Source: Thalia democratica
Taxonomy: Eukaryota
Reading direction: 5' to 3'
DNA: 64,000 nt
Assembly: GCA_965202585.1 (NCBI GenBank)
Contig: OZ241827.1
Coordinates: 57,722,001-57,786,000, forward strand
The position numbers were made by a program, and so were the translations under genes. This document shows positions 35,701 to 44,666 of the stretch, one piece after another (positions within the stretch are counted from its first letter, which is position 1; every line of letters starts with the position of its first letter). The notes beneath the pieces are model-generated. The model saw nothing but the letters and a program-made list of their open reading frames with translations. It was not told the DNA's origin and made no database searches.

Positions 35701-38700
35701 AGACGGACAAGAAATAAAAAATAATGACAGGTTTGATTTATTTGTTACATAGTTTTTTGTTCAAATTTCATTTACACTACTTGAAATGGGTGCACGACTG
35801 TTTAGTTTCTGACAATTCAAATTCCGACAACTGAAGTTCTTATAACTTGTAGTTATTTCAAATTATATCTATTAATGAAGATTGATTTTTATTTTTTTAT
35901 AGTTGTAATGTAATTAATAAGACTTACATTCACATTTTATTTGTTTTATTATTTAATTTTTGAGATAGGGTTAAAAGCAGCTTTAGATTTTATTAAAATA
36001 TACTTGTTTTTATTACTTAATTTTTTTCCCTTAACAACTTTTCAATCTATTCACAATTATAATTTTATTTATTTGAGTTATTATAACTAAGTTGGCCTTT
36101 TTTTAACTAAAAATATTTTTTGAAGTTATGGCCCCTTACATTTTTTGTAAAAACTAGCGTTGTCGAAATTTGAACAGTAATGTAGACACTTGAAATAGGT
36201 TCTAGTTTATAAACATTCATAGTTAAACACATAAAGAAAATATTATATCTTAAAACAGAATGATCAAGCTTGGTGATGGATCCCTGAGAATTTTCAACCC
36301 GGAAACATCAGACGCTGGTAACTACGTTTGCATGGCAACCAATCAGTGGGGAAACGACAGCCGAATGGTTTCACTGACAGTCACCAACAAACCAACAGTT
36401 GTGTCCACGACCAGAGATGTTGACGATTTTGTGTCCATGGACTTGACAGTGACAGTTGGGTCCCATGTCAGGGCGAGATTAGGAGCCCGCGTTGTTATCA
36501 GGTGCCCGACTAGAGGTTAGTAAAGTGAAGTATTTAATTTATAATTCATAAAAATTTCATCTTTAACTTTAATTCGGATAATAATTATCTTTTTTATAGT
36601 GTGTACAACATGTTTTAATCAGACAACTACTAAAACTTACAATAATTTTGAGCTTTCTGTTTACACTAAATACTTCATAATTCAAATCATACTCTCACGT
36701 AGTTGAATTACGTCTGCAAACTTGTAATATTTAAACATTAAGTCAGAGCATTACAAAACTTCCGCCAGACTATATTTAATAAAAAAAATTACGCGAGTTG
36801 TAATATATATATGTTACGAGTTTTTATTTTGTGCATTACGTCAAAAATAATGAAAATTACACCCAAAGCAGCTGCTACTGTAGTTTAAAATTAGATTAAT
36901 TAATTTGTACATTGAATGTATAGCAACGTTGAATTTTTAACAGTGGTGTTTTATTAAAATCACACAGTAGAAACATTGATTAATTTCAAAGTTTTTTGAA
37001 GGTATAAAAGATAAAATTTTCATTTATGAAAAGTTTTATGTTTTATTAAAAATAAACATTACAGGCTCACCAGAACCATTTGTTCAATGGAACAAAGACG
37101 TCAACGGTCTTCAAAGAAACTCGCAAATTTTAATCGACAACTCTTTGGAAATATTTCCCACCACTTTAGCTGACACGGGACATTTCAGTTGCTTAGCAAC
37201 AAACCCTTTTGGTAGCTCTTACCAAGCAACCATACTAGAAATTGTCGGTACGTAAAATTTTTAGCTCTTAAATTAACTTTTAAAAGTTGTAATTATTAAT
37301 AACTTTTTTAAAACACAGAAATGTAAAACCATAACTAAGTGTAAGTTGTTATAAGTTTTACAATATCTAAACGAGAACTAATTAATTTAAAAAAAAGCAG
37401 TTATATTTTAAACTAAGAAATGAAGCATTTAAATATTGTTAAACCATTGCATCAATCATCACAAATTAAATAGTAGTTAGGTTTGAACAAAGTTTTTTAT
37501 GGCCCGAAACTTCTCTCTTACTTCCACTTAACAAGTTTTTAATTAAGTATTTATGTCAGTAAGAGTTCATGTTGTAACCTTAAACAATAGATTACAACAC
37601 TTATTACAATATATAAACTCTGTACAATACCTGTAGAGTATTTATTTCTTTAAATAATTTAAATTTTGAATGTAATTTGATTGCATTTAACTTAAGAATT
37701 GCTCCTTCAAGGTAAAAGTTATACTTTATAAAACAAACAGACCCACCTCATATTTCAAATGATGGAGTGATACTCAAACAAAATGAAATGAACGGACTTC
37801 CAGAACTTTTATTAACCGATTATACTAATCCAATTTACAGAGTTAAAGCAAACACTACTATAATAATGGGTAAGTTTTATTATTAACTAAACTTATTAAT
37901 TAAATAAAAAACATAAATAATTTAGTTAATGACACATATAGGTTGTCCACTGAGTGGGTATCCGGAACTAACAGTAGAATGGATGTTCAAAGGAAGTGCC
38001 ATAGAAACAACAAACAATTCGACAAAATACAGACTGATGCACAACAACAAAGTTCTTTCAATCAGCAACTTCAACAACGTTTCAGTTGGCGATTACTCTT
38101 GCAAGGGAACAAACACAGCAGGATCGGCAGATGCTAGTCTTCAACTGAAAATTATCAGTAAGTTTACTTTGAAGCTTCATACTTTTAAGGCTATATATCA
38201 AAGTATTCTTCTATTTATGTTGTACATTAAACATTATAAAAAAACAGTAAAATTTGTTGATTGTGTTAAATATTCATGACTAACTTTATAACACTCAATA
38301 TTATTTCTGATGTTAACTTACATCAATGTATACTTTTGCTTTTAAAGTTTTGTGTTAGCTTTTTAAAACACAGCCTTGCATTCAACCTTCTTATTTATTT
38401 TCAGTATACAAGTACCGAAAGGAGGGGTTGACGGAATGCAGTGCAAAGTGCGGGAACACGGGAACCATCACTGACAAGCTGGTGTGCATAGAAGACGGGG
38501 CGAGGACGGTGGACGATTGGTACTGCAAAGGAGTGGCCAAGCCGCAAGTTGAAACCCGGTCCTGCAACAGAAGAGACTGCCCGCCACAGTTGGTACTTTT
38601 TTAAATTTATTAAAACAAAATACAAACAAGTACATTACAAAAAAATATTTTTATTTTTTGTTCTACAACAGTATACAAACAAGTTTTATTTATGTCTAGA

Positions 38701-40310
38701 TAAAAGTTTTTGATAAACATGCCTATACAATACGTATAAAATGACGAGTAAATGTAAGCGATTTCTTTATGCCTATATCAATACTGAATTATGGAAACAC
38801 TTATGAAAATAAAATAGAAGCTAAACAAGCAATAAAAGCACTTTTTACATTTTTCAACAAATTTAGGTCATAGAAGTTTTTACCTAGATTAGGCGGATTA
38901 GAGTTCAAACATGTTATTTAAAAATTTTACAGGAAATAATTGGTCTTTAATGTCAAGTGCTGACTTCTTAATCACTCATATCTGGCTTTTATTTAACTTT
39001 TAGCGCATTAAAATCCTTATATTAAAAAGAATACTTTGAATTTGAACTAAAACTACAATTTGTCTCATAAAAAAAAAAAAATTTAAGCAATAAGCATTAC
39101 GTTTAAATTTTGTAACCAATTTTAGGCTTTTCACAAATTACAGAAAATTTACATACAATAAGTTTTTTAAACCACAAAAATTTATACTGTATATTGTTGT
39201 GTACTTTTTAACTTAATTTAATTTACAAATGCTGTAAACAGCAGTAACATAAAAATTCATCATATCAATGTCTTTAACAAGTACTATAACAACCATTAAA
39301 AACCTCTATATTAGAATCAAACTAATTACAAGAAATAATATAACAGATATTACGCAAACGAATGGAGCAAATGTTCAGTTGATTGCGGAAATGGAACAAG
39401 ATTCAGAAAAATATCCTGCGTGGTTCTCATGTCAGACGGAACTGTTCGTCAGGTTGCCATGGAAAGTTGCCGTAGCAACCAGCAACTTCCGCCACAAAAA
39501 GAAACCTGCTTCAGTAACTCGTGTCCTGAGTGGAAGCCCAAACCATGGAAACAGGTTAGATTCGGTGATTTTTTGGAGGGTTAAAATTATTGTACTCACA
39601 AGATTTTTAGAATTCTACTTTTGTTAAAGCTTCAGTATAAAAGTTCTAAAAATCTGGTTAATTAATCATATAAGTATGTTTGTTTTTTTCTTTTTTATCA
39701 ACAAACAAATTAAAACATTTTTGCTAAACTTAAGTAACAAACCAGCAGTGTAGCAAGAAGTGTTACGGAGACGGAATTGGAATTCAACTGAGGCAGGTCC
39801 ACTGCGTGGCTAACAACGGCACAATCATCCAAAAGTCCCACTGCAAAAACCTGCCGAGACTAGAAAAGTTTGATAATAAAGCTGCACAAGCAACTTGTCA
39901 TTTATTAACGATTAAAAATAATTTATCAGACAACTTGAGTTTATTTCATTGAATTTACACATTTTTCTTTATAACACATTATTTTTATAAGTAATAATTG
40001 AAAATGTTATCACAAAGCATTTTTTATTTCTAATTGATCTCACTGTACTTATATTAAAAATTTCACCAGAAAACAAAGCTGTCTAAACATCCGATGTAAG
40101 CCAATTTGGAGACCGAGTACCTGGTCCGTTTGCTCGGCAACTTGCGGCAGCCAAGGCATAAAAACGAGAATTCTTGCCTGCTACTACAAGGGCAGGCCAA
40201 AGCAGACCGCCAGGGGGCGTTGCCTAGCGACGAAACGGCCTCAGGTTTCCGCCCCCTGCAACAGAATCCCCTGCAGCGAAAATCTTGTGAGAGTGCAGGG
40301 AAAAATTTAG
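2729..40310 (+). CDS. ADAMTSL1: ADAMTS-like protein (punctin; ADAMTSL1/ADAMTSL3/MADD-4 family), 33 coding exons, about 1729 aa: SP, TSR1, Cys-rich, spacer, 8 TSR, 4 Ig, 4 TSR
   Basis: Manually chained GT-AG exons with compatible phases throughout (total 5190 nt, divisible by 3). Motifs: [17 protein letters not shown] (TSR1); [10 protein letters not shown]...VVDGTRC...VCIEGKCE...[25 protein letters not shown] (ADAMTS Cys-rich); repeated WxxC-S-x-x-CG TSRs; Ig domains with DAGNYVC, DTGHFSC, VGDYSC. No metalloprotease domain. Assignment to ADAMTSL1 versus ADAMTSL3 is not resolvable; this is probably the single pro-ortholog. Confidence 0.93.
3228..3329 (+). CDS. ADAMTSL1: ADAMTSL exon 2 (acidic N-terminal linker [34 protein letters not shown])
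   Basis: cctgcag acceptor, GTAAG donor, only one open frame, phase 0-0. Confidence 0.85.
3756..3850 (+). CDS. ADAMTSL1: ADAMTSL exon 3 (TSR1: [27 protein letters not shown])
   Basis: aatag acceptor, GTTAGA donor, phase 0-2, canonical TSR motif. Confidence 0.9.
4256..4301 (+). CDS. ADAMTSL1: ADAMTSL exon 4 ([15 protein letters not shown], end of TSR1)
   Basis: tacag acceptor, GTACGT donor, phase 2-0. Confidence 0.88.
5149..5409 (+). CDS. ADAMTSL1: ADAMTSL exon 5 (Cys-rich module, [14 protein letters not shown]...VCIEGKCE)
   Basis: ttgcag acceptor, GTGAGT donor, phase 0-0; matches ORF 5125..5421. Confidence 0.92.
7247..7367 (+). CDS. ADAMTSL1: ADAMTSL exon 6 ([25 protein letters not shown], start of spacer)
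   Basis: ccacag acceptor, GTACGT donor, phase 0-1; hallmark ADAMTS motif. Confidence 0.92.
8138..8681 (+). mobile_element. Non-autonomous MULE/foldback-like DNA element, copy 1
   Basis: Perfect 9-bp TSD GTTAAATAT (8129-8137 and 8682-8690); ends GGG...CCC; inverted subterminal arrays of AAATTGCACGAG / CTCGTGCAATTT; three internal units containing GGGTTAGGGG. Confidence 0.75.
8967..9029 (+). CDS. ADAMTSL1: ADAMTSL exon 7 (spacer, [14 protein letters not shown])
   Basis: tttcag acceptor, GTAAAT donor, phase 1-1; resembles the spacer IP-G/S-A/S-xNI motif. Confidence 0.8.
9304..9449 (+). CDS. ADAMTSL1: ADAMTSL exon 8 (spacer, ...[16 protein letters not shown])
   Basis: ttgcag acceptor, GTAAGT donor, phase 1-0; GP-I/L-xE spacer motif. 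Confidence 0.82.
11092..11266 (+). CDS. ADAMTSL1: ADAMTSL exon 9 (end of spacer IRYKYY, start of TSR2 PCSATCGD)
   Basis: ctgtag acceptor, GTGAGT donor, phase 0-1. Confidence 0.88.
11521..11680 (+). repeat. SL-like 16-mer plus hammerhead-core repeat, copy 1 (internally deleted)
   Basis: ATTCTATTTGAACAAG at 11521-11536, then CTGACGAGGTCTTTGACCAAAA at 11553; the downstream sequence aligns with 42981-43150. Confidence 0.6.
12172..13332 (+). mobile_element. Penelope-like retroelement remnant: GIY-YIG endonuclease C-terminal part with inverted pLTR arms
   Basis: ORF 12485-13018 has [19 protein letters not shown]...LRREQH...SSIQEHL...F.VL...VLDSLFI...P.IC.Q, the PLE GIY-YIG pattern. Arms 12172-12486 and 13013-13332 are diverged inverted repeats. 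No RT domain is present. Confidence 0.85.
12485..13018 (+). pseudogene. GIY-YIG endonuclease fragment of a Penelope-like element
   Basis: Motifs as above; 5'-truncated; the expected catalytic Glu appears as Asp (VLDSLFI). Confidence 0.8.
13288..13341 (+). ncRNA. Degenerate minimal type I hammerhead ribozyme-like motif in the PLE pLTR
   Basis: AAAGTATATT-CTGATGA-AGAGCTAAGC-GAAA-TTAA-TT-AATAAACCTTT: core boxes present, palindromic TTAA stem III loop, stem I TATT/AATA; stem II is imperfect. Confidence 0.45.
14205..14364 (+). CDS. ADAMTSL1: ADAMTSL exon 10 (rest of TSR2)
   Basis: tttag acceptor, GTATGT donor, phase 1-2. Confidence 0.87.
14764..14811 (+). CDS. ADAMTSL1: ADAMTSL exon 11 (48-nt Tyr-rich microexon [15 protein letters not shown])
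   Basis: cacag acceptor, GTGAGT donor, phase 2-2, open frame. Confidence 0.7.
14949..15159 (+). CDS. ADAMTSL1: ADAMTSL exon 12 (TSR3, start of TSR4)
   Basis: ttgtag acceptor, GTAAGC donor, phase 2-0; [16 protein letters not shown]...[16 protein letters not shown]. Confidence 0.92.
15424..15556 (+). CDS. ADAMTSL1: ADAMTSL exon 13 (TSR4, [16 protein letters not shown])
   Basis: aacag acceptor, GTTAGT donor, phase 0-1. Confidence 0.9.
16007..16109 (+). CDS. ADAMTSL1: ADAMTSL exon 14 (polybasic linker [29 protein letters not shown])
   Basis: ttcccag acceptor, GTAAGT donor; phase 1-2 bridges the flanking exons, which are otherwise out of phase. Confidence 0.8.
16461..16617 (+). CDS. ADAMTSL1: ADAMTSL exon 15 (TSR5, [17 protein letters not shown])
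   Basis: aaatag acceptor, GTATTT donor, phase 2-0. Confidence 0.9.
17691..17859 (+). CDS. ADAMTSL1: ADAMTSL exon 16 (end of TSR5, start of TSR6 [10 protein letters not shown])
   Basis: ttgcag acceptor, GTATTT donor, phase 0-1. Confidence 0.88.
20386..20539 (+). CDS. ADAMTSL1: ADAMTSL exon 17 (rest of TSR6, ...[17 protein letters not shown])
   Basis: ttcacag acceptor, GTAACT donor, phase 1-2. Confidence 0.88.
20482..22335 (+). repeat. Tandem duplication (unit about 0.9 kb, 2 copies) including the exon 17 3' end and donor
   Basis: AAACTGAAAACGAGACCAG|GTAACT at 20521-20545 and 21421-21445; long colinear similarity of 20540-21405 with 21440-22330. Confidence 0.9.
24242..24522 (+). CDS. Candidate alternative first exon of a short ADAMTSL isoform (own signal peptide)
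   Basis: GC-rich [41 protein letters not shown]...[18 protein letters not shown] ending CA|GTTAGT, phase 2, in frame with exon 31867. No transcript evidence. Confidence 0.55.
31867..32086 (+). CDS. ADAMTSL1: ADAMTSL exon 18 (TSR7, [24 protein letters not shown])
   Basis: tttcag acceptor, GTTAGT donor, phase 2-0. Confidence 0.92.
32286..32471 (+). CDS. ADAMTSL1: ADAMTSL exon 19 (TSR8, CSEQCGNG...)
   Basis: tttag acceptor, GTATAT donor, phase 0-0. Confidence 0.88.
32676..32853 (+). CDS. ADAMTSL1: ADAMTSL exon 20 (TSR9, [19 protein letters not shown])
   Basis: tttag acceptor, GTGAGT donor, phase 0-1. Confidence 0.88.
32943..33120 (+). CDS. ADAMTSL1: ADAMTSL exon 21 (linker and start of Ig1, VFVQKSARK...[13 protein letters not shown])
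   Basis: ttaaag acceptor, GTGAGT donor, phase 1-2; resembles the punctin VYIQ...AYLLPKTAVVLRC segment. Confidence 0.88.
33581..33762 (+). CDS. ADAMTSL1: ADAMTSL exon 22 (Ig1 second half, very basic)
   Basis: ctcag acceptor, GTTTAA donor (weak), phase 2-1; Ig Trp (AWFVN) and second Cys (MVKC) at the expected spacing. Confidence 0.8.
34689..34795 (+). CDS. ADAMTSL1: ADAMTSL exon 23 (linker)
   Basis: ctttag acceptor, GTTTGT donor, phase 1-0, open frame. Confidence 0.7.
35067..35193 (+). CDS. ADAMTSL1: ADAMTSL exon 24 (linker)
   Basis: ttgcag acceptor, GTATTT donor, phase 0-1, open frame. Confidence 0.72.
35445..35730 (+). CDS. ADAMTSL1: ADAMTSL exon 25 (linker and Ig2 first half, [21 protein letters not shown])
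   Basis: ttaag acceptor, GTTTGA donor, phase 1-2. Confidence 0.88.
36259..36515 (+). CDS. ADAMTSL1: ADAMTSL exon 26 (Ig2 second half DAGNYVC, start of Ig3)
   Basis: aacag acceptor, GTTAGT donor, phase 2-1. Confidence 0.92.
37065..37247 (+). CDS. ADAMTSL1: ADAMTSL exon 27 (Ig3, GSPEPFVQW...[11 protein letters not shown])
   Basis: tacag acceptor, GTACGT donor, phase 1-1. Confidence 0.9.
37741..37869 (+). CDS. ADAMTSL1: ADAMTSL exon 28 (start of Ig4)
   Basis: aacag acceptor, GTAAGT donor, phase 1-1. Confidence 0.82.
37942..38157 (+). CDS. ADAMTSL1: ADAMTSL exon 29 (Ig4, [13 protein letters not shown]...[10 protein letters not shown])
   Basis: atag acceptor, GTAAGT donor, phase 1-1. Confidence 0.9.
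38405..38588 (+). CDS. ADAMTSL1: ADAMTSL exon 30 (TSR10, [10 protein letters not shown]...CNRRDCPP)
   Basis: tttcag acceptor, GTTGGT donor, phase 1-2. Confidence 0.9.
39347..39554 (+). CDS. ADAMTSL1: ADAMTSL exon 31 (TSR11, [11 protein letters not shown])
   Basis: taacag acceptor, GTTAGA donor, phase 2-0. Confidence 0.9.
39749..39867 (+). CDS. ADAMTSL1: ADAMTSL exon 32 (TSR12, [19 protein letters not shown])
   Basis: cagcag (NAGNAG) acceptor, GTTTGA donor, phase 0-2. Confidence 0.85.
40070..40310 (+). CDS. ADAMTSL1: ADAMTSL exon 33 (TSR13, [12 protein letters not shown]...CNRIPC; reads to TAG 40308-40310)
   Basis: caccag acceptor, phase 2. The 3' end is uncertain because a possible donor GTGAGA lies at 40287. 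Confidence 0.85.
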
Positions 40311-41828
40311 ATTTTATTTAAATTTTTTTTTTGTAGGAAAGACCCAAAAATATCTTCTTAGCATAATTTTTTTATATAAATTTACTTGACTTTTATTTAC
40401 ATAAGTTTATGAAACTGTAGTTGATGGTAGTTTTAAGCTATGACACTTTAAGCCTTTATTTAATGAAAGCATTAAAACTTGGTGAAACTTATAACAATAC
40501 ATTTTAAGGATTTTATTCTGACGAAAATTAAACTTTAAAAGTTTCTAAAAACTGCTTTTAATTTTTAAAAGGTATTATAGTCCTAATTAGTTTCTTATAT
40601 TAATTAGTTTAGAAATTTACTTGTTTTTCATGTTTAGCTTGCTGCTATTTAAAAAGAAATCTTTTTTCAAATTCCTTCTTCGAGACAGCCTTTTCTATCA
40701 AAGCAAACGATAAGCTAATTAAATTTGCTTTAAGTCTAAGTAGTTATGGAATTAGGAAAATATTTACTTTCGTACATCTAAAAGAACTTTTTTTTTTACG
40801 AAAAAAAAAAATCTTTTTTTTTGTTTAGCATACTGTTTCGATTTAAACAAATCATATTTAGTTTTATTTTACTTTTACTTTTCATTCACTGCCTAATAAA
40901 CTGCTTATATCCTAAACATTTGTGTATTGTTTAAAGTACTTCTTATGATTTTGAAAAACATACAATTGTAGGTTTTACTTTGATTTTGTTTTATGTTATA
41001 TTTTTTAAATCAAACTACTGTTATACTTTAAACATTAATGTTTGCCAACTAAGTAGGTATTGAACACAGCGCAAAAATGCGTACCTAGGAAATTTTTTTC
41101 TTTAATTACTAACATTAAGCCTTATACAAACATGTTTAAAACCACTGAAGTTTACAAACGACTACTAAAGCAAAATCTTTGAAACTAAATATTTCAATCA
41201 TAAGTTATAAAAATTTTAATCGGTGTGTTCTTTATATTCGTTAACTTCGCCTTTTTATACGCTTTTTACATTTATTTTGTAATCATAGGTAAATAAATGT
41301 CAAATTGCACTGTTCATCGTTTTGACTTATTTAGATTTTATTTTAGGTTTTATTTTTATATGTTTTTTACATTTATGCTTTAATCATTGGATATGTAAAT
41401 GCCAATTGAAGTGTTCATTATTTTCATTTATTTAATTATTTTTATTCCTTAACTTTACATGGGGTATGAAAGATTAGATTGCCCTGTTCGTTATTGTTGC
41501 TAAATAAAATGACTGCAGTATGTTTGGTTTAAAATTCGGAATTGATATACAACATTTATGTCTATAATATTTTTCTGGCTAATTTAGTTTTAATTGAATT
41601 TAATTTTATTCAGTATAGTTTATGTTATGATTTAATAATCTTATTTAGTAGTCTTAGGTTTATTTTTAAAATCTAAAATACAATAAGTGTTTTGAACATA
41701 GCGTTTTTCGGCTAAAAAAGCGTACCGTATTGGCAGTTCGTACCTATTAAGTGCGTACTTATTTTGCAGGTTACTGTATTAACAACATTTAAGCTGAACT
41801 TCGCTATATAAATTGATATAAATAAGGT

Positions 41829-42728
41829 TGCTCTCAAATAAATTTAAGAACAGATCTACGGAGTCTATAAAATGTTAACACACATTAGAAAAAAAGCAGA
41901 AAAAAGCATGTATAATTATGTATAGTGTTTATCTAGGTAGTAACTATAAATGGACTTTATGGTTTAAAAACAAAGTTTGGGATAAAAGCATAAAATTATA
42001 AAAATATCTACAAAAAAAACAAATTTAATAAAAGTAGGCACTAACCTCAAAAAGCTCTAAGAATAGGCAGGTTTTAAAAATTAAAATTAAATTGAGTTGT
42101 GCAGAAATGTTACGTCATAATAATTTTAAGAAATTGTTCAATAATTTATACAGCTTGAAAACATGAAGTATTAAACTTGCAAGTATATGTAAGTTTTGTG
42201 AAATAAATTAGTACATAAGTAGACAGAGTTATTTAAAGTAGAATCGTCGGTTATGGGGACAGATATTCGATAAATCTTGCCGCTTATTCAGAAGTAGGTC
42301 TTTATCTTCTGCTGCAATTACTGCTCTTTCTGTATTGCTTATGTACTAATTTATTTCACAAAACTTACATATACTTGCAAGTTTAATACTTCATGTTTTC
42401 AAGCTGTATAAATTATTGAACAATTTCTTAAAATTATTATGACGTAACATTTCTGCACAACTCAATTTAATTTTAATTTTTAAAACCTGCCTATTCTTAG
42501 AGCTTTTTGAGGTTAGTGCCTACTTTTATTAAATTTGTTTTTTTTGTAGATAATTTTATAATTTTATGCTTTTATCCCAAACTTTGTTTTTAAACCATAA
42601 AGTCCATTTATAGTTACTACCTAGATAAACACTATACATAATTATACATGCTTTTTTCTGCTTTTTTTCTAATGTGTGTTAACATTTTATAGACTCCGTA
42701 GATCTGTTCTTAAATTTATTTGAGAGCA
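41829..42728. repeat. Long near-perfect inverted repeat (391-bp arms, 118-bp spacer)
   Basis: 41829-42219 is the reverse complement of 42338-42728, with one mismatch seen. Confidence 0.93.
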
Positions 42729-42980
42729 GTGAAACGCCGTTAGTTGAAATAAAGTTTTAGCACAAGAACATCTGTGATATACATTCCGATAAGCTTAGCT
42801 TATCAGGATCTCCAGGATTTAACGCCTTATAACGTTACATCTTATAAATAAGGTTGTAAATTTTTGTTATAACTACATGTATAAACTATTAAAAGTCAAA
42901 TGTTTTGACTGAAATAGATTTAAAAAATATCAATTTGTATAAACTGTTTTCTTATAAAATATTTTATTTGAATTTGAAAA

Positions 42981-43150
42981 ATATCTATTTGAATAAGATT
43001 TATTTAAGCACTGACGAGGTCTTTGACCAAAACTTAGTTTGTAAAATAAATTCTTGAAAGAATAAATTCATTATTTCTCCTTGAGTAGTTAAGATTTCTT
43101 TATTTGTTTTTTTTTAAACCAAAGCATATAATAAAATATTTTATTATAAA
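42981..43150 (+). repeat. SL-like 16-mer plus minimal hammerhead ribozyme repeat, copy 2
   Basis: TCTATTTGAATAAG at 42984-42997, CTGACGA-GGTC-TTT-GACC-AAAA-C-TTA-GT-T at 43011-43040, then a 3' strand complementary to the 5' flank. Confidence 0.6.
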
Positions 43151-44666
43151 ATAGATTAAGAACAACACATACAACACGTGCTTGTCACATGTAACTTTAT
43201 CACGTGACGTTTACATAACCTTAAATTTGTTTAGTGCTTGACTTTTATTTTTATTAACACATAACAACCGAAAATAATACAAATTATCTAATCGCAAAAT
43301 AGTTGTATGTTGTAAAAACAGTGGTAAACATAAAGATTATGATTTTTTTTTTTAAATTTATATCTAAATTAATAACTAAATAACTTTTATAAATAAAGTT
43401 AAATAACATTAACTTCTATTTTTTATAAATTATTTTTATGAAGTACCAATAGAAGCATTGTACTTTTGATAGCTTTAATCGTTTTCATTTTTATTATTAT
43501 GATTAACAAAAAAGATTATAAGACCAGCTAAATTTAAATAAAAATGCTTTTATTTACTTTTTTGTTTTGAAGTAAATTTTACTGTTTATACATTAAATTC
43601 ACGCTTTCTAATTTTGCTATGATTTAAATAGTGAACTAATTCTAACTTTTATATAGAATTTAATATGTTTTAAACATGTTAATTGAAATAAAAATTGTTT
43701 TTATAAAAAAGTTATTTATGTTATAACTACTGTAAAACTACTTTAGTATGAAATATAATCTAAACATTGGATACAATATCTTTCACAGCTTTTTGATGGG
43801 GTAAGTTTTTAATAAAGATTTTAAAACCAGAATGTGTACTTTTATTTTTATAGTTTTAAGTATTCGTTACTTTTTTAATGAGATAGAATTTACAAAAAGC
43901 CACTAAAAGTAGCAACTAACGAATAGTTTTGTTGATTTGACTGTTTAATATAATTTAATTTACATACACTAAACAAAAATTAATAAATAAGAAATAATTA
44001 TATTTAAAGTAATATATATAATAAGAATAGTTTACCTTACTTAAAATTAAAATTAGTTATATATTTTGAACACAAACTTTTTGTTTAAAATGCGAGCTTA
44101 AGCAGCAGTCTGAACTCATATTTTGCAAAATTAACCGACTGTGCTACTTCACGAAGTATGAATCCAACTGACAGTCTACTGCAATTGGAAATCATAAGCA
44201 ATTTAATAAAAAAAAACGGTTTTTGAAAGTGACTTTTCAATTACCTAAAAAAACAGTATCAGTTCTGCTCGGTTGCAAAAGCTGTAGTTTAAATATAAAG
44301 TTATGAAAATGTTGACTTTTTTAAACTAAAAAATAAGGGAAAATTACTATACTACATCTTTTAACTGTAGCTAAATCATTTGGTAATTCATTTGCTATAA
44401 AAGTCTTGCAACTATGCCTAGTCAAAGACAGTCAAAATTAACTCTGTGGAGACACTAAACGATTATAATGTTTTGTACGTTAAACTTCCTATAAAACTGA
44501 TAGAAGGGCAATATATAGCTATAAAAGTCTAGCAACTGCCTCCGTCTCTTAAAAATTCGAGGAACAGCTCTAGGATAGAGTAGTTTTCGTATAAAAGCAT
44601 GTATTTGCAAGACACCAACGTAAGGCAGATTTGCAGAAACGTACCAACCTGGTTATCACTACGATT

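Noticed and set aside
42244-42270. IVGYGDRY in the palindrome spacer, resembling a K+ channel GYG signature
   Set aside because: No TT before GYG, no following Pro, and no flanking TM or exon structure; likely chance.
44090-44172. CELKQQSELIFCKINRLCYFTKYESN* as a possible PLAC exon
   Set aside because: Wrong Cys spacing, a stop before any CCxSC, and no good acceptor.
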